DNA from: an uncultured Chloroflexia bacterium | GTDB taxonomy: Bacteria; Chloroflexota; Limnocylindria; Limnocylindrales; CSP1-4 | Direction of reading: 5' to 3' | Assembly: GCA_963766655.1 (NCBI GenBank) | Contig: CAVYBB010000001.1 | Location: forward strand, 44,306-108,305 | DNA: 64,000 bases | Shown here: one piece after another, positions 18,730 to 30,595 of the stretch | Position numbering within the stretch: the first letter of the stretch is position 1 | How the letters are laid out: each line of letters starts with the position of its first letter | The notes under the pieces: model-generated | The model's input: the letters and a program-made list of their open reading frames with translations, nothing else | Told to the model about the DNA's origin: nothing | Databases searched by the model: none | Translations under genes and position numbers: made by a program

Positions 18730-19052
18730 AGGACGCGAAGATTCGGAATGGCGTGCCGCATGCTTCCGGACACCAGAGACGAATACCTGCGGGCTCACGC
18801 CGACGCCTGACCCAGCGTGGAGAGCACGATCACCGCGTGCGGGATCTGCAACGTGCGCGTGTGCGTAACGACAATGACGCGGACCAGGCAAGAATGGCGG
18901 CCGACCCGGAGACGCAGCGTTGGTGGGCGCTCACGGACGCAATCCAAATTGGCTTTGAGGCGGACTTCCCCGCGGGCCGGGGCTGTCAAGTCGTGACGGC
19001 CGTCGCCGGGCGATCGCCCTGCCCGGCCGTTCCGGGCATCGTAGAGTGGTAG
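18730..19052 (+). pseudogene. L-rhamnose mutarotase-like gene with an in-frame TGA and a frameshift
   Basis: RRFGMACRMLPDTRDEYLRAHADA-TGA-PSVES... corresponds to the H..WPE region of YiiL-type mutarotases. The MAADPETQRWW block is in another frame. Confidence 0.45.
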
Positions 19053-19114
19053 ATCGGGCCGGACCCGCGGCCGCGTCTCCCGCGCGCTTCGAGCGCTGAA
19101 AGGACCTTCCGACC

Positions 19115-20145
19115 GTGGCCGCACGCCCAAAGGTGCCCAAGACGACGATCGTCGACATCGCCGCAGCGAGCGGGGTCTCGGTCGCGACCGTCTCCCGGAT
19201 CCTGAACGACAAGCCCGATGTCGCGGACGAGACGCGCGCCCGGGTGCTGCAGCGTCATGGACGAGATCGGGTTCGCGCCGCAGAGCGCGTGGCGCCAGAT
19301 CCGGTCGGGCCGGACGCGCTTGATCGCCGTCCATCGCCCGGAGGAGTTCAACCCGCCGGCCTATCGCCTGCTGATCGCGGCCTCGCTCGGCGTCGAGGAA
19401 GCCGGCTACTCGATCAACATCATCACCCGCACCCTGAGCGATGCCGAACTGCTCAGGATCTTCCGGAGCAGGCAGGCCGACGGGATGATCCTGCTCGAGA
19501 TCCAGGCCGACGACCCCCGTGCCGAGATCCTCCGCGCCCAGGGCTTTCCGTTCGTCATGGTCGGCCATCGCAGCGACAACGCCGGGATCAGCTTCGTCGA
19601 CCTGGACATCGAGCACGGAATCGGGCTCGCGCTGGAGCATCTCGTGGCGTTGGGCCACCGCGATGTCGCCTTCCTCGCCATCGCCCCGGTCGTCCGCCAG
19701 AAGGTGTACGGCTTTGCGACGTGGGCGCTGCAGGGCTACGAACAGGCGTGCGCGCGGTTCGGGACTCGCGCCGATCAGCGCATCCGGAAGCGCATCGAGT
19801 GACGCGATGTCCGCCGCCGCGACGCGCCTCCTCGACGACCATCCGGAAGTGACCGCCGTCATCGCCCCGCAAGAGCTGTCCGCGGTCGGAGTTCTCCGAG
19901 CCTGTCATGCGCGGGGCCTGACGATCCCGCACGACCTCTCGGTGGTCGCGATGATCGGGGACTCGATGAGCGAGCTGGCGACGCCGCCGTTGACGACGAT
20001 CGACTTCCCGGCCGAGGAGCTCGGTCGGACGGCGGCCCGGAATCTCGTGGACCGTCTCGACAGCGGCGACGCGACCCCGCGCCAGGTCTTCGTCCGGCCC
20101 GGGCTCACCGTCCGGGGGACGACCGCTCCGCCCGCCGCGCGCTGA
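19115..20145 (+). pseudogene. LacI family transcriptional regulator, two frameshifts
   Basis: The HTH TIVDIAAASGVSVATVSRILN is in frame 1. MDEIGFAPQ...GHRDVAFL is in frame 2. The C-terminal LLDDHPEVTAVIAPQELSAVGVLRA...TTIDFPAEELG is in frame 3. Confidence 0.8.
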
Positions 20146-20195
20146 CCCTCGGAGGAGTGGGGTGCCGCGCGAGGCTTGACCGCGTTGGTCGGTTC

Positions 20196-20208
20196 GGTAA
20201 TGATACCG
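20196..20208. promoter_or_regulatory. GTAATGATACCGG motif (second site of the candidate operator)
   Basis: Lies about 50 nt after the LacI stop and about 165 nt upstream of the enolase-superfamily gene. Matches 15159..15171 at 12 of 13 positions. Confidence 0.4.
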
Positions 20209-20372
20209 GAGGATCGCGTGCCCGGAATCCGGCGCTCCGTCTCGCCTGGTCGCGGTCGGCTTCGATCAACCCGCGTCAGTCGCTCTTCGGGGCTAGCTCC
20301 TCCAGCCCCGAAGAGCGGCGGGCGCCCGGCGGCACGGCTGCCTCCGACGACCACATTCCAGGAGGTCCGGGA

Positions 20373-21566
20373 ATGCGAATCACCGGCGTTCGGACTGTCC
20401 TGTACGAATACGAGCTTCGTCGACCGATCGGGGACGTCCAGCTCCCCGACGGGGCCCGGCGGAGCGCGGAGCTCGCGGTCTTCCTGACCACGGACGAGGG
20501 CGTCACGGGCGTGGCGATCGCGAGCGCCGGCTCCGGGCCGATCATCAGCGGCCTGGCCGAGCATCTCGTCGGACGCGACCCGCGACAGGTCCGCAGCCTC
20601 TACCAGCTGCTGACCCGGCTCACGTTCAAGGCGGGACTCGATGGCATGGCCGGAAACGCAGTCGCCGGGCTGGACACGGCGTTGTGGGACGCGCGAGCGA
20701 AGCTGAACGACGTGCCGCTCTGGCAGGAGCTCGGCGGCAGCTCGAATCGCGTCGCCGCGTACGCGAGCGGCCTCGACATGCCGCTCGCCGACGACGACCT
20801 CAGGGCGTACTACTGCGATGTCGCCGCACGCTACGGGATCACCGCCGGCAAGCTGAAGGTCGGGCGCGATCCGGAGCGGGATGTCGAGCGCCTGGAGATC
20901 ATGCGAGACGCCCTCGTGGAAGGATCCGGAATCGAGCGGCCGAGCTTGATGATCGACGCCAACGAGTTCTGGTCCCCGAAGCAGGCGATCCGGCGGATCT
21001 CGGAGCTCGAGCGCAGCTTCGACCTGGTCTGGGCCGAGGAACCGGTCCGACGCAACGATCATCGCGGCCTTGCCCGCGTGTCACGCGGCGTTCGGGCCGC
21101 GGTCGCGACCGGCGAAAACCTGACCTCGATCGGCCCGTTCGTCTCCCTGATCCAGAGCGAGGCGGTCGACGTCGTCCAGATCCACGTCCAGGCGACGGGG
21201 ATCACGGCCGGGCTGCAGATCGCGGAGATGAGCGACGCCTTCGCCCTGCCGATCGCCCTCGTCAACTGCCCGGGCCGCTACGCTGCACACCTCGCGGCGG
21301 TGGTTCCGAATCACCTCATGATGGAAGTCCTGGACGCCGGTCGCGATGTCGTGTTCGCCTCGGATCATCGCCTGGAGGGCGGCCAGATCGTTCTGAGCGA
21401 GGCCCCCGGGCTGGGGATCACCTTCGACGAGGAGCGGCTCGCCGAGCACGCGGTGGATCGCCCGACCTCGGAGTCGTTGTCGGCCGCGTACCGGCGTGCC
21501 GAGGACTCCGGGATCTCGGAGCCGGGGATCCCCGTCCCTGCCCGTTCGCCCGTCGCCGATGCCTGA
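20373..21566 (+). CDS. enolase-superfamily (mandelate racemase/muconate lactonizing enzyme family) sugar-acid dehydratase-like protein
   Basis: ATG 20373 behind GGAGG. Blocks KLKVGRD, IDANEFW, WAEEP, ATGEN. Confidence 0.85.
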   Translation: MRITGVRTVLYEYELRRPIGDVQLPDGARRSAELAVFLTTDEGVTGVAIASAGSGPIISGLAEHLVGRDPRQVRSLYQLLTRLTFKAGLDGMAGNAVAGLDTALWDARAKLNDVPLWQELGGSSNRVAAYASGLDMPLADDDLRAYYCDVAARYGITAGKLKVGRDPERDVERLEIMRDALVEGSGIERPSLMIDANEFWSPKQAIRRISELERSFDLVWAEEPVRRNDHRGLARVSRGVRAAVATGENLTSIGPFVSLIQSEAVDVVQIHVQATGITAGLQIAEMSDAFALPIALVNCPGRYAAHLAAVVPNHLMMEVLDAGRDVVFASDHRLEGGQIVLSEAPGLGITFDEERLAEHAVDRPTSESLSAAYRRAEDSGISEPGIPVPARSPVADA

Positions 21567-21632
21567 ACGGCGCCCGGCCGAGCAATCGGCATTCGCCGGC
21601 GACGGCTCCCCGCCGAACGGCGGCATGTCCGG

Positions 21633-22652
21633 ATGAGCGTCGATCCGGTCGAGGTCGTTTCGATCGGAACGACGGGCGTTGCGATCACCCGGCTCGGGTT
21701 CGGGTCGTCGTCGATCGGCGGACTCTTCGCCGCGGTGGATGCAGAAGATGCGTCCGCGACCCTCGAACACGCGTATGCCATGGGGGTTCGCTACTTCGAC
21801 GTCGCGCCGCTGTACGGCTACGGCGATGCGGAACGGCGTCTCGGCGCCATGCTCCGGGCGAAGCCGCGCGATGCGTACGTGGTGTCGACCAAGGTCGGGC
21901 GGCTGGTGCGGCGCGAGGCGGACATCCCGCCCGAATCAGACATCGACCCGCAGCGGGTCGATGATCGCGACGATGCCCTCTACGCGGGAATTGGAGACCG
22001 CCGGATTGTGTTCGACTACACCGCGGACGGCGTCGCGCGGTCGATCGACGAGAGCCTCGAGCGGCTGGGGCTCGATCGGGTCGACATCGCGTTCATCCAC
22101 GACCCGGACGACCACTGGCAGGACGCGATCGAGGGCGCCTATCCTGCCCTCCATCGGCTCCGTGAGGAAGGCATCATCCGGGCGATCGGCGTCGGGATGA
22201 ACCAGGCCGAGATGCTCGACCGATTCGCCCGCGAGACCGACATCGACGTCGTCCTGCTGGCCGGCCGCTACACGCTGCTCGATCAGACGGCCGGCGCCGG
22301 CCTCCTGCCGACCTGCCGACGCCGCGGCATCGCCGTCATCGTCGGCGGCGTGATGAACAGCGGCATCCTCGCGAACCCGAGCGGCCTGGGACGGTACGAC
22401 TATCGACCGGCTCCGGCCGACATCGCTCAACGGGTCCGGGCGATCGGGGCCATCTGCGAGCGTCACGACGTGCCGATCAAGGCGGTGGCGATCCAGTTTC
22501 CGTTCGGCCATCCGGCGGTCGCCGGCCTGGTCGCCGGCGTGCGAACGATCGAACACCTCGACGAGTACCCAGCCCTGATGGGGCAGCCAATCCCGGGAGC
22601 CCTGTGGGCGGACCTCCGCGACGCTGGCCTGCTTCCGCGAGCTAGCGCCTGA
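21633..22652 (+). CDS. aldo/keto reductase
   Basis: FDVAPLYGYGDAERRLG, with typical AKR length and (alpha/beta)8 blocks. Confidence 0.85.
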   Translation: MSVDPVEVVSIGTTGVAITRLGFGSSSIGGLFAAVDAEDASATLEHAYAMGVRYFDVAPLYGYGDAERRLGAMLRAKPRDAYVVSTKVGRLVRREADIPPESDIDPQRVDDRDDALYAGIGDRRIVFDYTADGVARSIDESLERLGLDRVDIAFIHDPDDHWQDAIEGAYPALHRLREEGIIRAIGVGMNQAEMLDRFARETDIDVVLLAGRYTLLDQTAGAGLLPTCRRRGIAVIVGGVMNSGILANPSGLGRYDYRPAPADIAQRVRAIGAICERHDVPIKAVAIQFPFGHPAVAGLVAGVRTIEHLDEYPALMGQPIPGALWADLRDAGLLPRASA

Positions 22653-23172
22653 AGCGAGGGATCCAGCGGGGAGTGGCGGCGCAGTACGCGGCGTATGCCT
22701 CGCCGTATACCTGGTGCAGGGTCGGCTCCTCGTACAGGCGCACGAACGCATGGAACGCGGCGGCGATGACCACGCCGTAGAGGGCGACGGCCCAGCTGGC
22801 GAAGACGATGGCCTGGCCGAAGATCATGGCGCTGACCGCGACGTACATCGGGTTGCGGACGAAGCGGTAGAGGCCGCCGACGACCAGGGTCCGGGTCGGC
22901 GCGATCGGGGCCGGGGTGCCCAGCCCCTCCCAGGCGAAGCGGGCAAAGGCGTCGAGCACGACGGCGAGACCAGCGGCGATCAGGATGACGCCGCTCCAGC
23001 GCAGCACGCCGGGGCCGTCGCTCGGCGGCAGCGGGCTCCAGCCGGTGATCAGCCAGGGAATGAGGCCGGCGACGACGCCGGGGGCGAGGACCAGGAAGGC
23101 GAGACTGCCGAGCGCCGCCCGGATCCGAGCCGTCACGTCCCGCGTCCTCCTCGGAGCCCGCCACGCTGGCAC
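22642..23172 (-). CDS. isoprenylcysteine carboxyl methyltransferase-like (ICMT/PEMT family) membrane protein
   Basis: RNPMYVA motif and hydrophobic helices. The start is uncertain; a GTG at 23136 is possible. Confidence 0.65.
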   Translation of the reverse strand: MPAWRAPRRTRDVTARIRAALGSLAFLVLAPGVVAGLIPWLITGWSPLPPSDGPGVLRWSGVILIAAGLAVVLDAFARFAWEGLGTPAPIAPTRTLVVGGLYRFVRNPMYVAVSAMIFGQAIVFASWAVALYGVVIAAAFHAFVRLYEEPTLHQVYGEAYAAYCAATPRWIPRFRR

Positions 23173-23228
23173 GGCAGGAGCCTATCGGATCTGATGCTCT
23201 GACGTCCGATCCCGACCGCTGATTGGAA

Positions 23229-23303
23229 TGGCTGGCGAGGAAGGATTCGAACCTTCGATCTCCCGGTCCAGAGCCGGGCGCCTTACCGCTTGGCCACTCG
23301 CCA
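23229..23303 (-). tRNA. tRNA-Gln (anticodon CUG), CCA encoded
   Basis: Cloverleaf folded by hand. Acceptor UGGCGAG/CUCGCCA, D-arm GCC-AAGCGGUAA-GGC, anticodon arm CCCGG-CUCUGGA-CCGGG, T-arm GAAGG-UUCGAAU-CCUUC, G73, CCA. Confidence 0.9.
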
Positions 23304-23378
23304 GTGACGCGCCGCTGAACGGCCCCGGCCCGACGCGTTCGACATTCTAGCCGACGCCAACCCCGCCCCTGATCGACG

Positions 23379-25106
23379 CTATCGGCCGTCGCCCTTCGCC
23401 TGGATCTTTGCCCAGGTGTCCTTGAGGGTGATCGCCCGATTGAAGACGAGGGCTCCGGGGGCGGAGTCGACGTCGACCGCGAAGTACCCCAGTCGCTCGA
23501 ATTGCACGGTCTCGCCGTCGCGAGCGTCGCCGAGCGACGGCTCGACGAAGGCGTCCGTCAATCGGCGCTCGGAATCGGGGTTCAGGTCGTCGAGCAGGTC
23601 GCGCCCGTCCGCGCCCGGGTCGGGCCGCGTGAACAGGTACTCGTACAACCGCACCTCGGCCGGCAGGGCATGCGGAGCCGACAACCAATGGAGGGTCGCC
23701 TTCGGTCGACGGCCATCGGGCGCGTCGCCGCCGCGGGTGGCCGGGTCGTACGTGCAGCGCAGCTCGACGACGCGCCCGGTTTCGTCCTTGATCACGCCCG
23801 TGCACGTCACGAAGTACGCCGCCCGAAGGCGGACCTCGCGTCCGGGCGCCAGCCGGTAGAACTTCGGTGCCGGCTCCTCCATGAAGTCATCGCGCTCGAT
23901 CCACAGCTCGCGGCTGAACGGCACGCGCCGCGAGCCCGCCGCCGGATCCTCCGGGTTGTTGGGGACGTCGAGCTCCTCGACGCGCCCTTCCGGATAGTTA
24001 TCGATGACCACCTTCAGCGGGTCGAGAACGGCGAACCGTCGCTCGGCGGTCCGGTTCAGGACGTCACGCACCGAGTGCTCGAGGAGCCCCATCTCGTGGA
24101 CGCTGTCCGACTTGGCCACCCCGACCTCGGTGGCGAATCGGCGGATGCCCTCGGCCGGGAAACCGCGCCGACGCAGGCCGGAGATCGTCGGCATGCGGGG
24201 ATCGTCCCAGCCGCGGACGTGTCCGGCGGTCACGAGCTGGAGCAGGAATCGCTTCGACAGGACCGTGTACGTGAGGTTCAGCCGCGCGAACTCGTACTGG
24301 CGAGGGCGCGACGGGACCGGCAGGTGCTCGATCAGCCAGTCGTAGAGCGGGCGGTGGGCCTCGAACTCCAGGGTGCAGATCGAATGGGTGACCCGCTCGA
24401 TCGCGTCCGACTGGCCATGGGCGAAGTCGTAGGTCGGATAGACGCACCATCGGTCGCCCGTCCGGGGATGGTCAGCATGGACGATCCGGTAGAGGACGGG
24501 GTCGCGCAGGTTGATGTTGGGCGAGGCCATGTCGATCCGGGCCCGCAACACCCGGGCGCCGTTCTCGAACTCGCCGGCGCGCATCCGATCGAACAGGTCG
24601 AGGTTCTCCTGAACCGACCGCTCGCGCCACGGCGAGTTCCGGCCGGCTTCAGTGAGCGTGCCCCGGTGCTCGCGGATCTCATCGGCGGAGAGGTCGTCGA
24701 CGTAGGCGTCGCCGCTCCGGACGAGATGGACCGCCCAGTCGTAGAGCTGCTCGAAGTAATCGGACGCGAAGTGGAGGTGCTCGCCCCAGTCGAAGCCGAG
24801 CCAGCGGATATCCGCCTGGATGGCATCGATGTATTGCTGCTCCTCCTTGACCGGGTTCGTGTCGTCGAAGCGCAGGTTGCAGCGGCCGCCGAATTCCTCG
24901 GCGATGCCGAAGTTCAGGCAGATCGACTTGGCGTGGCCGATGTGGAGGTACCCGTTCGGCTCCGGCGGGAAGCGGGTCACCGGGGCCGAAGCCTTCCCGG
25001 CAGCAAGATCGCTCGCGACGATCTCGCGGATGAAGTCCCGCCGCTCAGTCCCGACCTCGGGAGGAGTCGCGGGCGTCCCTCCGCTGTCGGTTCTCTCCGG
25101 GATCAT
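23379..25106 (-). CDS. glnS: glutaminyl-tRNA synthetase
   Basis: ORF 23379..25166. ATG 25106 with an AGGAG RBS. HIGH motif (YLHIGH), KMSKS-like VLSKR, and collinearity with E. coli-type GlnRS over the full length. Confidence 0.92.
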   Translation of the reverse strand: MIPERTDSGGTPATPPEVGTERRDFIREIVASDLAAGKASAPVTRFPPEPNGYLHIGHAKSICLNFGIAEEFGGRCNLRFDDTNPVKEEQQYIDAIQADIRWLGFDWGEHLHFASDYFEQLYDWAVHLVRSGDAYVDDLSADEIREHRGTLTEAGRNSPWRERSVQENLDLFDRMRAGEFENGARVLRARIDMASPNINLRDPVLYRIVHADHPRTGDRWCVYPTYDFAHGQSDAIERVTHSICTLEFEAHRPLYDWLIEHLPVPSRPRQYEFARLNLTYTVLSKRFLLQLVTAGHVRGWDDPRMPTISGLRRRGFPAEGIRRFATEVGVAKSDSVHEMGLLEHSVRDVLNRTAERRFAVLDPLKVVIDNYPEGRVEELDVPNNPEDPAAGSRRVPFSRELWIERDDFMEEPAPKFYRLAPGREVRLRAAYFVTCTGVIKDETGRVVELRCTYDPATRGGDAPDGRRPKATLHWLSAPHALPAEVRLYEYLFTRPDPGADGRDLLDDLNPDSERRLTDAFVEPSLGDARDGETVQFERLGYFAVDVDSAPGALVFNRAITLKDTWAKIQAKGDGR

Positions 25107-25177
25107 CAACGCGGCTCCTGCAAACCGGCATGGGGGAGTCGCGGCTCGGGTGACGGCGCACCACACTCCCGGGGAGT

Positions 25178-25252
25178 TGGCTGGCGCGCCAGGATTCGAA
25201 CCTGGAACCCCCTGATCCAGAGTCAGGTGCTCTACCGTTGAGCCACGCGCCA
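25178..25252 (-). tRNA. tRNA-Gln (anticodon CUG), CCA encoded, second isodecoder
   Basis: Acceptor UGGCGCG/CGCGCCA, D-arm GCUC-AACGGUA-GAGC, anticodon arm CCUGA-CUCUGGA-UCAGG, T-arm CCAGG-UUCGAAU-CCUGG, G73, CCA. Confidence 0.9.
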
Positions 25253-25315
25253 GCGGCGGATCGGCATTCTACCGCAGCAGGGGTGCGTAACCGCTAACTG
25301 GTACCCTCCATTCTC

Positions 25316-26990
25316 GTGAGCCACCGGCAGGAGAGGGCTGCGGCGACCGGCGCGCCGATCCGGCGGAGTCGCCTGCTCTCCGCCCTTCTCGACGCCGTCT
25401 TCCCGGGACTCGGTCACCTGCTGGCCGGGCGGCGACGGCGTGCCCTCACGTTCGCCCTCCCGGTCGTCGGCCTGCTCCTCGTCGGGCTCCTCATCCTCGT
25501 CCTCACGCCGACGGTCCGCCTCGTGGCTCTCGCCCTCGATCCGGTTGCGCTCGCCGCGTTCTTTGCCATTCAGGCCCTCATCCTGATCTGGCGCCTCCTA
25601 GCGGTCGCGTCGAGCCTGCTCGAACCCGACGATGCCGAGGATGAGCCGCCGCGATGTCATGCCGATCGCCCTCATCGCGGTCGTCCTCGTCGCGCCGCAG
25701 GTCTACGCCGGCTACGTCACGAACGTCGCCCGCGAGGTCACCAACGAGATCGTCCCGTTCGAGCCCGAAACGGTCGGGGCGTGGCTTCCGCCCTCATACG
25801 CCCTTGAACCCGGCTCGTCGGACTTCGGGCTTCCGTCGGATTCCCCGTCGCCATCGGCTTCCCCGTCGCCGTCGGCGGCGACACCGCGCCAGAACATCCT
25901 GCTCATCGGCGTCGACCAGGGCGTTGGGCGCAACACCTTCCTGACCGACACGATGATCGTCGTCTCGCTCGACCCGGTCGCGGAGACGGTCTCGATGGTC
26001 TCGATCCCGCGGGACATGGTCGACGTTCCGCTGCCGGACGGGCGCACATTCAAAGGCAAGATCAACGGCCTGCTCTCATACGCGCGACACAACCCCGGGA
26101 ACTTCCCAGGGTCCGACGGGACCGGCCATGACGTTCTCATGGGCGCCCTCGGGACCCTGCTCGACCTGAGGATCGACTACTTCGCCCAGGTCAACCTCGC
26201 CGGATTCGTCCGTGTCGTCGACACGCTCGGCGGGGTCGATGTCGACGTCGCCGACGGCTTCTGCGATCCGGGCTACGACGAGTACGGCTTCTCGCGCGGC
26301 TTCTCGATCTCGGCCGGCCGCCACCATCTGAACGGCAACCAGGCGCTCGCGTTCGCCCGGGTTCGCAAGGCCGCCGGAGAGAGCGACTTCACGAGGGCGG
26401 CGCGCCAGCAGGAGGTCCTGTCGGGCATCCGCGACGCGGTGAAGTCGGGCGGCTTCCTGGGCGACCCGATCGGGTTCCTCCAGGCCGTCGGGAAGACGGT
26501 CGTGACGAACGTCCCGCGGGATCTCGTCCCGGGCATCGCCGACGTCGCGACGAGGATCGGTCGAACCTCGACCTATCGCGCGGTCATCACCCCGCCGCTC
26601 GTCCATTCCGGGTACGACTCGCGCGGGTCGATCCAGCTGCCTGACATCGGGGGCATCCGGACCCTCTCCGCGACGCTGTTCGCGACGCCTGGCACCCTGC
26701 CGCCGGCACGGTACCAGGTGCCCCCGTCGTCCGGCCATGTCTCGGGTTCCGGGGTCGGGTCCTGCGGGCCCGCGGCGACTCCCAGGCCCGCGACCACTCC
26801 ACGGCCGACGCCGAAGCCGACGCCGACGGCAACTCCGACGCCGAAGCCGACCCGGACACCGAAGCCGAGCCACACGCCGAGGCCGACCGCGGAGCCCTCG
26901 TCAGCGCCGACTCCGACCGCGGCTCCGACGCCGACCCCGACCCCCATTCCCACTCCCACCCCTGAAATCGAGTCCGATCCCCATCCAGCC
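25316..26990 (+). pseudogene. LytR-CpsA-Psr (LCP) family protein with a Pro/Thr-rich tail; N-terminal frameshift, 3' end uncertain
   Basis: The TM-rich N-terminus is in ORF 25316..25807. The LCP domain (NILLIGVDQG...DTMIVVSLD...SIPRD...NGNQALAFARVR) is in ORF 25632.. in another frame. That frame then runs into dps without a stop. Confidence 0.65.
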
Positions 26991-27125
26991 CTGATCCCGG
27001 CCGCCAGCCGCCTCCGTCTGCGAGACTGTCGCAAGATCGGAACGTCGTCGCCCCGCCGGCAGATGTGCGCGGGATGGGCCCGTGTCGATGCTGCGCTCGT
27101 CACCGGATTCACAAGGAGGTCATCG

Positions 27126-27746
27126 ATGCCACCCAAGACGACCAAGGGCGCGGCCCGCCGCGCTTCGACCCTGTCGACGAACGGTCGCCGCCACTTACCG
27201 GAGCCCCGGCTCGGGCCCCTCGGGGTCGAGGTCCAGAAGTTCGGATCGCTCAGGCTCGCCCCGATCGCGCTCGCCGCGACGGCCCGCTCCGAGAGCTGTC
27301 GCCTGCTCAACGAGATCCTCGCCGACTCGATGATCCTCTATGCCCTCTACAAGAAGCACCACTGGCTCGTCGCCGGACCGACCTTCTACCAGCTCCACCT
27401 CCTGTTCGACAAGCACGCCGAGGAGCAGTCCGGCCTTGTCGATCTGCTGGCCGAGCGCGTCCAGAGCCTCGGTGGCATCGCCGTGGGCGACCCCCGTCAC
27501 GCCGCGGAGCTGACGACGATCGAGCGGCCGCCGAACGGGTCGGAGGACGTTCCGGCCATGATCCATCGCCTGCTCAACGCTCACGAGGCGATCATCGAGA
27601 AGGTCCGGGACGCCATCGAGCGGACCGAGAAGAACGAGGACTGGGGGTCCAACGACCTGCTGATGGGCGATGTCCTGCGGACCAACGAGCTCCAGGTCTG
27701 GTTCGTCTCATCGCACGTCGTCGACATCCCGCTTGTGGAGGGCTGA
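27126..27746 (+). CDS. dps: Dps family DNA-protection/ferritin-like protein
   Basis: ATG 27126 is preceded by AAGGAGG. Contains LYALYKKHHWLVAGPTFYQLHLLFDKHAEEQ... Confidence 0.85.
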   Translation: MPPKTTKGAARRASTLSTNGRRHLPEPRLGPLGVEVQKFGSLRLAPIALAATARSESCRLLNEILADSMILYALYKKHHWLVAGPTFYQLHLLFDKHAEEQSGLVDLLAERVQSLGGIAVGDPRHAAELTTIERPPNGSEDVPAMIHRLLNAHEAIIEKVRDAIERTEKNEDWGSNDLLMGDVLRTNELQVWFVSSHVVDIPLVEG

Positions 27747-27770
27747 CGCTCCGGCCGCGATGACCTGGCC

Positions 27771-30334
<2,564 letters not shown>

Positions 30335-30500
30335 CTACCCGGTAGGTGCGCGAGACGTCAGACCCCATCCTCCGTACGGCGGGGCCGCCAGCGCATACAC
30401 ATCAACCAGGAAGTGCAGGTGTAATTCACGATTTCGGCATGGTGACGGACGGCACCGACGACCGTCAAGCGCCGCGCGGAATCGCAACCTCTGCCCGCGG

Positions 30501-30565
30501 CGGGGCGGGGCGCGGCGGCGCGGGGCGGGGCGGCGCGGGGCGGGGCGGCGCGGGGCGGGGCGGCG
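30501..30565 (+). repeat. G-rich tandem repeat: three perfect 15-bp units CGGGGCGGGGCGGCG plus one imperfect unit
   Basis: Read directly. Eight GGGG runs on the plus strand. Intergenic, between the metY leader and the oxidoreductase start at 30596. Confidence 0.85.
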
Positions 30566-30595
30566 ATCGCCACCGGGCCGACGTAGGCTTCTCGC

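Noticed and set aside
18808-18810. TGA at a conserved Trp position of the mutarotase-like gene as recoding (Trp or Sec).
   Set aside because: TGA is used as an ordinary stop by neighbouring genes. No SECIS-like hairpin was noted. The same gene also has a frameshift.
23172-23229. Integrase or genomic-island signature next to the tRNA-Gln genes.
   Set aside because: No integrase/recombinase ORF and no direct repeat of the tRNA 3' end were seen within the flanking few hundred bp.
26760-26970. Repetitive DNA in the LCP gene. The same applies to 50500..51080 in the E2 gene and 43700..43850 in the zinc-ribbon gene.
   Set aside because: These encode Pro/Thr, Ala/Pro or Gly-rich linkers. The periodicity follows codons, so they are not non-coding repeats.
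25632-27746. Apparent LCP-Dps translational fusion (704-aa ORF).
   Set aside because: A canonical AAGGAGG RBS and an ATG at 27126 precede the Dps part. The about 50 codons joining the two are Arg-rich nonsense. The likeliest explanation is a missing stop caused by frame problems in the Pro/Thr-rich tail.
30501-30565. Possible CRISPR array.
   Set aside because: The units are contiguous 15-mers with no spacers, and no cas genes are in the window.
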